A stretch of DNA of 63,668 nucleotides, the filler included, from Atractiella rhizophila (taxonomy: Eukaryota): assembly GCA_021432655.1 (NCBI GenBank). It is 7 parts of 6 records of this genome, joined end to end, with 100 filler letters (N's around TTAATTAATTAA, not from the genome) between each part and the next. Parts side by side here need not be neighbours in the genome. Positions count along the whole stretch, not along the records: positions 1 to 10,845 come from MU272060.1; positions 10,946 to 21,702 come from MU272061.1; 5 more parts are not named here. One strand, written 5' to 3'. The notes under the pieces are model-generated. The model had not been told where the DNA came from. It saw only the letters and a program-made list of their open reading frames with translations, and ran no database searches. Made by a program: the position numbers and the translations under genes. Below, one piece after another: positions 1 to 12,110 of this stretch. Each line of letters begins with the position of its first letter. The stretch's first letter is position 1.

Positions 1-822
1 GTATCTCTCCTTACTCCACTAATTCGTCTCTTATGATTGTTACTTTACTCTCTTGCATCTTCGATGTTTGTTTATGGTATCATTGGTATTTCATGTTTAT
101 ATAAGGCCTATCGTACAGCTATGTAAATTCAGACTTGTTCCCAGTCTCAACTCGCATCCAGCACTCCCGCATTTCTAACCTTAACCTTTCCGTATACGCC
201 GTATTCACAATTACAAGCACCTTGTTCAGTGATGCAAATTATCATCCAGATTCGCTCGCCTCTTGTTTGAGATAACACCTTGCACTGATATTATACTGTC
301 AAGTGCATTTCGCTGCAAGTTGTGCTAATTAGAAAATCTTCAAAATTATAATTTTGAACATCGCTACGCTCGATGCTTGAGAAGGGAAAGGATAATGCGA
401 GAATAGGCATTATCGTACTTCAGGGGATTCAGGTCCAATTGGCGTGTATCAAATCATGACAATTCTATATTGATTCCTGCTAAATTCTTGCATCACAACT
501 TCTTCAGAAGAGTAAGTAGCTCATGAATCCTTGATCAAACCAGTTGGTGCTGTCAGCGAAGCCAAGGAACGTGCGGCTGAACTGCCAGGAAAGCTCCAGC
601 GTATTCATCCCTTGGAGGTTTATCTCTCTCCTTAGTGATGGAGTATCTAGTGCTCTTGCGTAAAAACAGAGTGGGGAGAGCAAGAGGCAAATTGGAATTG
701 AGATCTTCTACCCGGTGAGTTTACATAACATCACGATAGCCCAAAGCCCAAAACCCAGATCTCAAACAAACGGTAACAGAAAGACACGACGAGAGAACCA
801 TGAAGGAAAGTCTATCAGAAAA

Positions 823-1550
823 TCATGATACACCGCGATCGACCATAAGAGGATCGCTCAGAAACCAACGCACAATGTCGCCCAGGTCCAAGGTGACGCC
901 AACTTCCTCCCTCTTCTCCCTCAGGTGGAAAGGAACCGCTTCCCTGTTCTTCCCTTCTACGTCGTCTATTATCACGAATGTTGTTACAGAGTGCCCAGGA
1001 TCGGGTTGAGAGTTCGACTTGGAGGTGGAGGTAGAAGGTTGGGAGAGAAAGCGGTCAAGAGAAAGGAGGGAGGAGAGCACTGAGGCGTAGGGTTGAACGG
1101 ACGCCAAGTTCCTGTTTCTCCTTTCAGCATGAATATATTTAGAGTAAAATCGAGAGATTATGTCGTACGGAAGGAGTGAGGATAGAGAGTGCAAGATTAT
1201 GAGCGTGGTCGTGGGTGGCTCGACAAAGGCAAGAAAGAAGGTGTCCCATAGCTCAAGTGTCCTCAACTCCCTGACTATACGCGTTGAATGAGCATAGGTA
1301 CATATCACATCAATGTAAAGAAGGAATAAATCAACATACTCTCTACACGATCCCATTCTTCCCTCCCCCATTGCTCCTCGATCCAACCGTGGTTCGGCTC
1401 ATCCTGCCTCAAAGCCTCCTGCAGACTCTGCAGCGATGGGGTAAGGATGACAGCTTTAGACGACTCTTCTCCCTTCGACGACAGATGTTCAAGCGCTAGT
1501 CTCAGAGGTAGGGAAGGGGAATACCTTCCAAGTTCTGCTTGGACGGTCAT
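823..1550 (-). CDS. Spliced hypothetical protein, possibly a RecA/RAD51-paralogue (SWSAP1/Shu-like)
   Basis: ORF 1305-1550 joins ORF 823-1386 through a GTATGT...ATAG intron. Motifs YSPSLPLRLAL, KAVILTPS and LIILHSLSS resemble remembered fungal SWSAP1-like proteins (not searched). Confidence 0.45.
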
Positions 1551-2317
1551 TCGCTCGCGTCGAGGTGATCACGTGCTGTTGATAATTCTGTCTCGTCTGA
1601 AAAAGGTTGCAGGAGAAGGCCGAAAGTGACCACGTGTGAGATTGAGATTTTGCCCAGCAACGCTGCAAGCGGATGCATATCCAACGCAATGTCCTTCTGT
1701 TGATTGTTTTATGTCAGTCATTCTTCCCTTCCCTGCGGTCGCTACCCGTTATCAGTCTCTATCCGTTTTACGTTCTCCTCTAAGAGTCGGTCTCCCCGTT
1801 GTTTACGCCCAACCATCTCACTTTCGACTCGTAGTTGCACCTGTCAAGTTGGGCAAAGTTGGACATTTATTACGGCATCCGACGTTATTAAGGTATTTCT
1901 ACGGCGGTATAAGGGTGCTATTCATTGGGCAGGATCCTCAGCATTTTGACGAGATATCCATTCAGCAAGGAACTCAGACTGACAGAAAGTCGATAGATTG
2001 ATAGGTGAGAACATTCTTTCCTCTGCAATCGGACGTGGGTGGAAGAGAATTTCTCATTATGCCTTCTTCGATCGATGCGTTGGCCATTTCCTGCCTCGTG
2101 TGCTATTGTGGGCTGGCATAGACTTTACTTTTCTCTCTGCATACCTGTTTGAGCCTCAAAATCCAACGGTCTTTCCACTTCCCGTTCTTTACACAACGCA
2201 CAACGAACAACGAACACAATACCAACCTTTAGCTATACCATCATCGTACGTTTCTCCTTCTTTCTAAGCTTCTTCAAATGTTGGAATAATATGTTGGTTA
2301 TGGGGCAGTAGGAACAA

Positions 2318-4723
2318 ATGTCTTCCAGCGAACCTTCTTCCCCTTCGACGACGTACCATGCACCTCTTGCCCGCCCTCGAGCTCCCTCCCCACCTTCACG
2401 TTCACCATCCGTCCTGCTTCCTGCGATCTCACCTCCATCACCGACCGCTTCTCCCTCTTCTCCCTCGCAACATTCGACTTCAACTCCCTATCGGACCCCT
2501 CACCACTCCCTCAGCGCCTCCGACGTCTCCCAAATCTCTCTCGATGCCTTCGTCTGGAACCCGACCTCGGCCATCCACTCTCCCAATCCCTCGCCTCACA
2601 GACAGAGGGTGGTTGAACGTCCATCAGCCCAAAAAGTCCAAACACCACCTCGTATCTCGCAATCTGGAATGAGTTACTCTACTCCCATGAGCATGTCCGC
2701 GTCGACGAGCAGCAATGCGACCCGCATCCGTTTTCCAAAGCTCATGATGGACAAGACGCCGAAAGGGTTTCCGTACGCTGATACTACGGTGTTGGATGGA
2801 AGTCCGGCGAGTGTGGAGAGGTGGAGGAGGGAGGGAGAGACGCAAGAGGGAGATGAAGACGTGGACCTTGATTTCACTGGCGAGGTGCCAGGTTTGTCGT
2901 TCTCCAATTCCGTTGGACCGACACCGAAGAAGCGACCGAGCGTGATTGGTGTGAGGTTGACGTATGGAGAGGAGGACCTGTCGGATCCGCGGTCTTCGAC
3001 TCGGTTGGTGTTTGAGGAGGAAGAGGTGGGGAGATTGAGGAGCTTTGTTTTTCCTTCGGGTGGAAGCGAAGAGGAGAGGAGCAGAAGCGCTCCTACCACC
3101 CCTGGTTGGATGGAGGGAAGGGAGAGAGTGCAGAGCCAGACTTCGAGCATGGGAGTGGGGATGGCGAGCGGGATGGGAATGGGAATGGCTGGATTCTCCA
3201 TGGACGAATCGTCACGTCGAGAAAGAGAAGAAGTAGAAGAAGAAGGATGGGTCTACGCACCAACCGCTCCAATCTCTCCTTCCGCACTTGCTATGTCCGT
3301 CGACTCGGAAGATGAGGGAGGGACATTCGGCAGGGCGAGGGGAAAGAAAGAGAAAGAGAAACTCAACAGAAGATCCGGAACTTGGACCATAGGAAGCTTC
3401 TTCAACTCTTCACAACACCTCGTCTCTCCCCGCTCCTCTAGACTCATGAACCCGACCCTGACGCCCACCCGCCCTTCGACTGGCGATCGTCCAAAACCTC
3501 CCTCCCCGGCTTCGTCCACCCAGACTCCCCTCTCTCCTCTCTTCTCCTCCCCTGACGCCGGTGACAGCGTGTTCAGCTCCCTCCCTGCAAGTCCCGAGTT
3601 TCGAGGCATGCAGCTCAATCCAAAGGGCAGGGGAAGCGGAACGCCAGGAACAAGCAATTGGGGGAGTTTTGGGAGCATTTTTGGGATTCCATGGTTAGGA
3701 CGCAGCGCTCTAAGCCCATCTAACCCTTCAACTCCACCGATGAGTATGAGTATGAGTATGGACGTGGATGGGTATGGAGGAAGGAGAGGACAGCACGTGT
3801 CGTATTCAATGGACGAGGAGGAGCACAGAAGGCGTAGGTGGGAGAAGTCGCCGGCCGCTTCTGTCGGACTTGGAGTGAGCATGAGGACGAGAGTGGACTC
3901 GGATGCGAGTAGGTCGGACGTCAATCTTTTGGAATCGAGAAGGGGTTCGAATGCCAAACCGCATGTCGGAGTCAGGTTTGAGGACCTGGTTGAGGTGGAG
4001 AAGAGGTTGGTGGAAGGGAGGGGATTCACGATGATTGGAATGGACGACATAGACAGTCTTCCAGAGTCTGGAATAGCTGGAGACGGAAATCGTCCTGGAA
4101 GCTTGTATTCCCAACGCGTTCGAGAAAGCGCTTCGAAGCTGAGGAGAAGATCGAATAGCGTCAAGATATCGATACCAAATGAGGGCTCGAGGCTAAGCAT
4201 AGCTGAATACCTGCAGAGAAGTGAGAGCCGGATGAGCGTCGCCGGTAGCGACGAAGAAGGAAACGTGGAAAAGAAAAGTGAGCGTGAGCGTGGATTACTG
4301 AAGAAGAAGAAGCAGCAGAGGTCGAGGAAGCTTTCAAAACGAATGTGGAGATGGAAGTGGAGGGAAGACAAGGAAACGGACTGGGGATTGTTGGACAGAC
4401 TGGAAGATGAGGGCAACATTCCTGCTCTCTGTTTCTATCTCGGTTAGTCCACCTTCATTACTTCGGCCTCTCTGATGTTGGAATCAGGTTTCTTCTTCCC
4501 TTGGTTCTGGCTCCTAGGGGCTCTCTACCTTCGTCCTTCAGACGGCGCACTCCCCGACTTCCGATCTCGCTCAAAGCCATATTTAATACCCGCCACAACA
4601 GAGAATCAAAAGCCAAAAGTGAATGGTTACGTCCTAGCATGTCGAATCGCTTCTGCAATCGCGACCTGCTGCTTCGCAACCCTTATCATCGTCCTCTGTC
4701 TCGTCGGCACTAAACATATTTGA
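2318..4723 (+). CDS. Ser/Pro-rich, largely disordered protein with a C-terminal membrane region
   Basis: 709-aa ORF. A 45-nt intron 4443-4487 (GTTAGT...ATCAG) removes the stop and joins LCFYLG to FFFPWFWLLGA...CCFATLIIVLCLVG (two hydrophobic segments). Confidence 0.75.
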
Positions 4724-5255
4724 CGCTTCTCCTCTTAGACCGTCACCTCATCAACTTTCGTGCGGACGCGGAGACGTCGCCCATACCTATCTCCTTATCT
4801 CGATTATACCAGTATCTGCCTCAAAATCTTCACCTCTCAAAATCTCCGTCCATTCATAGATCTTTCAACGGCCTCAAAATTCGAAGCAGTCTCATCGCAA
4901 CAAGTAACAAGCATGCAGGAAAGTCATGTCGTACCATTTATCGATCCTCTTCTCTTTCCGAGTACATTATTGTATCATTTTCTTCGTGATATCACATCAT
5001 TCCGTCAGCTGTTCCCAGTGGTCAAGTTGAATGTTGGAGTTCAAATTATACTTTGTTACGTTCCATCCAGAAGAAGTTGTCGGTTCTTGCTAGTTTCTAG
5101 TTCTTGGTGCGGTATGCAATCTATGCCTTCTTGCTCATGTCAAAAATGTCGCACTCTGCACCAGCAGAAATGAAATACAACAAGGGTCCTGATTGAGCTA
5201 CATCCTTTGATTCTACAAATACAACGGCTTCGAATTATTTCTTCACATTCTGGGT

Positions 5256-7638
5256 CTATCTCTTCGTAACCACGCCACTTCCGTAGCTAACACTTGAATC
5301 TCCGCTCCTCGTACATTTCGAGCTCTGGTCATATCTTGTCCACCTGATCTCCCATCCGTCCTCCTGTTGTTCTTCTTGTATGCTCGCGAGAGCAGCAAGC
5401 AAAACCCCAATTGGATGTCGTCCACAGATCGTGTTCTTGGTTTCCTTCAGATAGGCTTTGAACTCTTCGTGGGCTTCTCTCGCCGTCTTCGATGAAGAGG
5501 ATGAGTGGAGGGATGGAAGGGAAGAAAAGTATTCCCCCGTCTGAGGTGTCTCCAGAGAGACTTGGGGATTGGGGAAAGCGATAGCATTCATCCCATCGCG
5601 ATCTAAAGACGCAATGGATTGCCAGATGGGGGTTCCTTCTTCTCTTGGGGTGTAATCAAAACGTCGTCCCCTATGCTCATCATTAATATTTGACAGGGGG
5701 AGGAAGGTGGGACACGCCAATGACAAAAATCGCTGCTAACCACGGCAACCGTTCCCTCTTCTTGTAGATACGGCGCAAGGAGAGCGCCATATTCCTTCTC
5801 TTTCTCAAATGACACTGCCCCAACTACTATTGGAACTATTGGCGGAGGAGGGAGGTCGTGGATTTTAAAGATGTGGGCCAGATAAGGAAGGTGTAATTCG
5901 AGGGAGTGCTCCGCTTCGTCGTCCCTTTTGCTGAGATCCTCAAATTTCCCCGTTGAACGTAGCGATGAGATGACTGCAGAAGCATATGTTCATAGTCAAC
6001 AAAGGAATGCAGAAACAGATGAAAAAGGAAGGATAGCGCACTGGGGAGATCGAGGGGTAGGTCCCCAATTGGAGTTGCGTAGGAAGAGCATGCTGAAAGC
6101 ACACAGCCGGGAATGTAAACATGATGAGAAGGGCCAAGGATAAAAATCCTCTTTCTATCATCATGCGTGCATGTATTAGTTGTGAAGAAGTGACATCTAA
6201 TGATAAACGCACATCTTTTCCACTTCGAACGCGGCATATGCCCATGCTGCTGTTGGTCCAGAATAATCGTATCCAGCGTGCCTGCCGCATCATCAAGGTC
6301 ACACTCAGTATGCTACATTGAAAAAGAAAAATATTAATAGAGAGAGGGACCAACGGAGCAATGACCGCCTTGGTGCCAGGCACTGGAAAGGTAATTTTTG
6401 ATGCGGAAGTGGCGGCTAGGAATCCCGAGAGCATAGAGGAGAGACCCGATGCTGTATCCAGCGGAAGTGGGCAGAAATGACGATCAGTCCAACGGCTTAC
6501 AAATATCAGCAGGTAGGAAATGCTAATCGAAACAGGGAGAATTCAAGTGACAAGAGTAACACGTTAATCATATTAACTTGAAGGGAATGAACCAAATCTG
6601 ATGCTTTTCTGCTGAAAAGGACCTAAAGAAGGCATGACCTGACAATCCTCATACACGAGTCTTCATCCTGGTGCGGAACGGTTCACAATCATTCCAAAGA
6701 AGATCGAGCTCAAGGTGGCAAGAAGGATAGAGATTTACCAAGACTCCACCTCATTTACCCCCCAATTATCTGCAGGTTCCTCAAACATGCTGTGTCACAG
6801 CCGGGGATGAAATCTGATAAAGAGAACGGAGGGGGGATAATGTAGACCGGGACACAAATCAATAATCAGGGCATAAGGGCATTGAATGTATGATTGCTGC
6901 TTTGCTGCCGACTTTTCTTGTGCAACGCACGCCTTTTGATGGGAGGGTTGCAGCAATTATATGCTGTTTGATTGATCTGTCCCCATTGCATATGTACAGC
7001 TCTCTGATATTCCAATTTATGACACGTAATAATACTTCCGTGCAGGTCATGAAGTCATATATTGCGGTTTGATAAGGAGAGGAAACGAGTTCGAAATGTT
7101 CAGGTTATATAAATCCACATTAGCTGAAAATGAGTCGTGGAATGCCTTGCGGTGTGTAATACCATTTTGGCCACTTAGTCAAATGAATGTGACCTGAACC
7201 GAAGAGCTAGACGGACTCTGTATGCATATTTAGGATAGCTCAGGCTCAACGGTAGAGGTTACTTGCTGCTGTCAGAGTACTGAGGCAGGGGTGGGCTATT
7301 CCAGGTAGAAAGAAGGAAACAACCATTTTTTCAAGACCTCATACTCTCCAACGTAAAGTATTGCATCCCAAGGATGCACTTATGCTCTTCAAGAGAAGAG
7401 GCGGCAAAAAGTGATTTTGTAAACAGGTCGCCCGCTAAGCTGGCTGCTAGACTTAGCAAGGGACGTGACGAAATTCAAGCCATGAATAGTTGTGAGCCAT
7501 CACATAACATTCAGAGCCGCAAATCACAGAGCATCTATCGTCACCAGCGGTGCGAGACCAGAAGCATTGACGGAAGTGGAAACACGCACGAGAATCGCTG
7601 TACCAAGATCCAGCATGCGTCGCTCGCCTTGTAGCCAT
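5256..7638 (-). CDS. MHO1: MEMO1/UPF0103 family protein, multi-exon, with a 1138-nt first intron
   Basis: Motifs RRATHAGSWY, IFILGPSHH, YATPIGDL, VSSDFCHW, NTICGRHPI and SSVSY. Exon 1 (7638-7590) splices in frame to 6451. Confidence 0.95.
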
Positions 7639-7874
7639 ATTTCTGTTCAGCTTTCACTTAGGTCTTGCAGCACAGTTTGACACAACGCTATTGTCAGAGA
7701 TCTATATCATGCGCCAAAGAGATATCCTGGGTATACCTGATGACCTTCTTGTTGTCGGCGTCAACTAAACTTGGAGGTTTTTTTTGTCAACTCTAACATC
7801 CATGCAGGAGCAATAGTTTCTCCAACGGTTCCCCTCAATTTCCTCTTATCACACGGTTTTTATATTTCACTAAA

Positions 7875-10845
7875 ATGTCTATACTCCTACCCACGCTCCC
7901 CCCCTTCCCCCTCCCTCCCACTCGAATACTCGAGATTCCACTCTCATCCAGCACGAGTGAAGCGATCGAGATCAACCTCGACGAGCTCGACACCGACCAA
8001 GAGGCTTTGGATGAAGTTAGGAACGTGTTCACTACCGAGAAAGTTGGATGGGAGCTTTGGGTTCGCGTGGCCGTTGAGCTGTGGAGGAGAGGATTGGAGG
8101 CTGGGGAGATGATAAATGGAGCATTGAAAGGTTCGTCTCTTGCATGAAAGGAGGGATGGAGGAGTATATTTCGTGTTTATTGCTAGTTGCGTGATATTGG
8201 TTTCCAACGACCTGTGCACAACAGTCTCCTCTTTCCGCCTCACAACGACTTCAAAGTGTTCACTGTTTTCAACGTGTAGTGTGGAATTCTTTGTCCAATC
8301 CTAAATTCAGAAGGCAATACCGCGTCTGCACAGTATAACATAACATTGGAAGTCGGCGCTTCGAAAGGGAAGACTGGCATGCTTGTTCTAGTATAACCGA
8401 ACGGACCCATGTAATTGCACATAGAGGTGTCTAAGAGTTAGATCCACAATGGCTTACACTACATCTAATTTGCCTCTTGATGGCACAAACCATATGCTTG
8501 ATATGTAGCAATGTGCAGGTTCGCAATACAGAATTATACTTTTCATGACTTGTTGATGCGTGAGTAGAACGCATTTTCAAGCGCGACTGCGATTTTTGTT
8601 CTCAGCAAGAAGAATCCTTTCCTGTAAAGGCATGTTGGAGCTGGAAGTGAATTACTTTCGTAGTCAGGATCCGAGCACATTCAACAACAGCTGACGCGTT
8701 TATTGCATTACTCATAATCCAGAAGGTAGTGTTTCTTATTATCACTGCAGAGTTTATAAATCACTCAGGGACTTGTAACCTGCGTTATCATGTACTAGAT
8801 TCAAATATGAAGCGTACGACCATTGCATGTTCGTCTGAGCCCATCGTACGGATGTGCATTTCTGTCACGACACATTGTGCGGCTTCTGTAATACCCCCAA
8901 GAGTGTTCAATATCATACTGATCTACAACCACGTGGACCGCGTTCAAGTAACAGGGGAGTTGAGATAAGCCTCTCAGTTGATCATAGTACTATTTCTGCC
9001 TTAGTCTGATATTCGACGCTGCCAATCTTCTCCTTTCCTTCTCCCAGGCCGATGAACTGATTGTCTCCTCTCTTCCCAGCATTCCCACGTCCAGGCGAAG
9101 CACGGTTTTCTCTTCTTCTCGTTCAAATATGCTTTAGCCTTTCCCTTTCACGTGTAGCCCCGAGAGTCGTATTGGGGAGTCGCGCTCGTAAGTCTAACAC
9201 GACTCGCTCATACTGTGCTGATTGTGTCGTAGGGAGAGATCAGCTTCCATCGACATCGAACGGTCAGCCCCTTCGAACCAAGGATGAGTACCTCAGTGAA
9301 GCGATGGCGGCCATCGATCAAATCGAACTTACGATGGAGAACGTTTTCAAGACTGATGCCCGCTTCTTGGAGGCTAAGGGTAAGTTTCTGATGCCTGAAA
9401 ACAACTTTTATGATTGACGGACGACTTGTCTCAGGACAAGTTTTATTTGCACAGGGGAAGGTAGATGAAGCAGGGCGAATATGGGATGACATTTTACGGA
9501 AGGAGGGAGAGAGCCTGAACATTTGCGCTCTCTTCGGAAAGGTCCATTCCTACAACAACTTGTTTCCCTTTCATAGGGCTGACGGTGTGGCAGGCTCGCA
9601 CATTACTACTGAAACGATCTCCGAAACCAGCACTCAAAATTTATCAAGAATTATTACAAATCCTCCCACATCCATCAGATGCACGGTTTGAGCACTATCC
9701 CGATCCGCGATTGGGCATCGGCTTGTGCTTTTGGAACTTGGGGGACAAGGAGATGGCGTGGAAGGCTTGGAAGCGGTCTGAACTAGTGGTATGTCTCATA
9801 ACTTCGTAATATTGTGGCTGACTGCATTCTGCATTGGCTGGTATAAGAATGGAGGAGAACGTCGAGCTATACCTGCAATGGTCCTCATGGGCATTTCTTT
9901 CATCAACCATTCAAAGAGCAGCTCGGTGGGAAGTGAAGGAGACGCAGAAAATTGGTACAAAGATGGAATCACTTATCTCAGTGTTCGTCTTCTGACACTC
10001 TTCCAACTAAGTGGCGAGCTGAAGAGTCTATGATAATGTAGAAAGCTTGGAAAGCGAGCGGGAATTATTGTGCCAGTGCCGCAGCGGCGATGTCTCTCCA
10101 TGCCATCACTATCCACGAATTCGACAGGGTTAGTGATGTTCTCTTCATTATGCAAATCCGCTCTAAGTTTAAGACGTAGGCAATCAAATTCGCGGAACGA
10201 GCGATGCAGTTTTCGGACTCGAAGCACATCTCCAACGAAAGTCAGGTCTACCTTGCTCGTGCATTACATGGACAGGGACACATTGACGACGCACAGAAAG
10301 AATACAAGGTCTTTCAGTTTTCTAACTACTGATGTATCCATCACTGAAATGTTGGATCAGGCTCAAGCGTATAACCATATCATAGCCAACCTAGCAGTGG
10401 GCCAACGACTGGTACAAAAGCATGACTACCCAGCGGCCGTGAATGCATTCGAGAACATCTTCCGCCGCAACTCGCACTGCATCGAAGCCCTCCTCAACCT
10501 TTCCGCCTTGCACTATCACCAGACTTACTCCTCCATGTCACACACGGACGCTTCCAAGTGGCGAAAAGAGGCCAAATCTGTCTTCGAGACCCTCTTCCGC
10601 CTCGCAGACGAGGTCAAAGCCCTTAAACCTGGAGCAAACGTGCTACCTTGGATGGGAAAGGTGCGCCGGGTGATGGAGGAAGATCATGACTGGTGGGCCG
10701 AGGCTGGGCGATTGTGGACGGACGAAGATCCGGAGAAGGCGTTGAGGTATTATCGACAGGCGGAGAAGATTCGAAAGCAGAATGGTGCGGGTGGGCCGCT
10801 CCCGAGTCAATGGTTGAACAATATCGGCGTCTGTCTCTTCAAGCT
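7875..10845 (+). CDS. CTR9: PAF1 complex TPR subunit Ctr9, 3'-truncated by contig end
   Basis: N-terminal EIPL..EAIEINLDEL, TPR-like exons, PDPRLGIGLCFW, HIIANLAVGQ and LNNIGV. First intron is 8131-9079. Confidence 0.9.
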
Positions 10846-10945
10846 NNNNNNNNNNNNNNNNNNNNNNNNNNNNNNNNNNNNNNNNNNNNTTAATTAATTA
10901 ANNNNNNNNNNNNNNNNNNNNNNNNNNNNNNNNNNNNNNNNNNNN
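10846..10945. other. Artificial contig linker (N44-TTAATTAATTAA-N44); same linker at 21703-21802, 32552-32651, 38238-38337, 42208-42307 and 52945-53044
   Basis: Identical 100-nt design with stops in all six frames. Genes are cut abruptly on either side. Confidence 0.97.
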
Positions 10946-12073
10946 ATGGATACGAGGAGGCGCACTTGGAGACACGTTTTCGAATTTGGTAAAGAAGCCA
11001 TCCCAGCCTAGTTCCTCTTTGCTGGAAGCTGCGAGCACTCCGACGAACTGGTACATCCTACTCCGGGTGCAACACAAGACTGCAGCCTTCCTTCCACTTC
11101 CGCTCCCTGCACCGGTTCCACTGAGCGAAACTAAGCTCTCGCGTCCTCCCCAGCTCTCCCACCTCAATCCCACAACACTCTGTCTCTCATTCGCTGGCAG
11201 GCTAAAGAGAAGTTTATGATATTTATCAATGGCTCTCCCTTGCTGTCCCGGAAGGGAAGGGAAGGCAAACCCTCCTTCTTGTGGCACATATTCAGAGTCT
11301 ATAAAAGTGGACTCGAATATCTGTCCTGTGGTCGTACCAAGGAGAATTGAGTAGGTGGAGGGATTTGCGGAAGATGGCGCAACGAGAGGATTCCACCCAA
11401 CAGAGGAAATGACCAGACCGCGCGATTTCGAAAGTGGCTTCATCTTCCTGGTCGAGGCACTGGCAGAAGATACATTGTACCCCAGTGGTGTGTACAAATA
11501 GAAGTTGTCTCCCAAAGTTGTGGATATAAGCACATGTCGACCAGAAGGGTCAACGTGCATCTTGTACAGCTTTGAAACGTTCTTGTCCTCGCCATCTCGA
11601 GGTTGAACAATGGACTGACGGCGTGGATTCGGCGAGCGTGGTGGTGACCCATATATTCCTAACGGGGGAGGAAGGGGAATGTCGATATTCTCGACTCCGG
11701 ATGCGGAAAGGTCGATGCGTATCAAAGTGGGTGGTTTTGGAGAGGGAGAAGGCGATCCGAGTGTGAGTAGGTAGAGGATGTTGGATTGGCATTGGAGAGC
11801 GAAGAGGGGACTAGGAAGCGAGAACTGCACGTTTCTCCATCCTTCTTTCAATCATTACCAAGGGGCACAATGTTAAGGACATACCCCAAAGAGAATATGG
11901 GTTCTACCTGCGGTTCTGTAGGACGCAGCTCGTACTGACATGACCCTACAAGTTGGCCCATGGCACAGCAAGAAAGAAAGGCGCACCTGTGCATTCCTCC
12001 CTCCATCTACCAACTTATCAAAGCCAACATTAGGCAAAGCCTGAGCACTACCACGTCCTACGTACTGGTCCAT
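10946..12073 (-). CDS. VPS18: Vps18/Pep3 (HOPS/CORVET) N-terminal part, truncated by contig end
   Basis: PIFSL..NVQFSLP, MHVDPSGRHVLIST, GDNFYL, ISSVGWN, ILLGTTTGQIFE and TRSRMYQFVG match the Pep3/Vps18 beta-propeller. Start inferred at 12073 (alternative 12112). Confidence 0.88.
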
Positions 12074-12110
12074 TTGATCACTGACCTGCCTTGTAGAGCG
12101 GCCCCTTAGC

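Noticed and set aside
3253..4419. 388-aa antisense ORF
   Set aside because: Shadow of the low-complexity plus-strand gene, with no independent motif.
6501..7534. Box C/D snoRNA in the long MEMO1 or CTR9 intron
   Set aside because: No canonical RTGATGA...CTGA pair with a terminal stem was found by eye. H/ACA or other RNAs are not excluded.
10890..10901. Repeated palindrome TTAATTAATTAA as a regulatory or recombination site
   Set aside because: Always centred in 44+44 Ns; it is an artificial all-frame stop linker.
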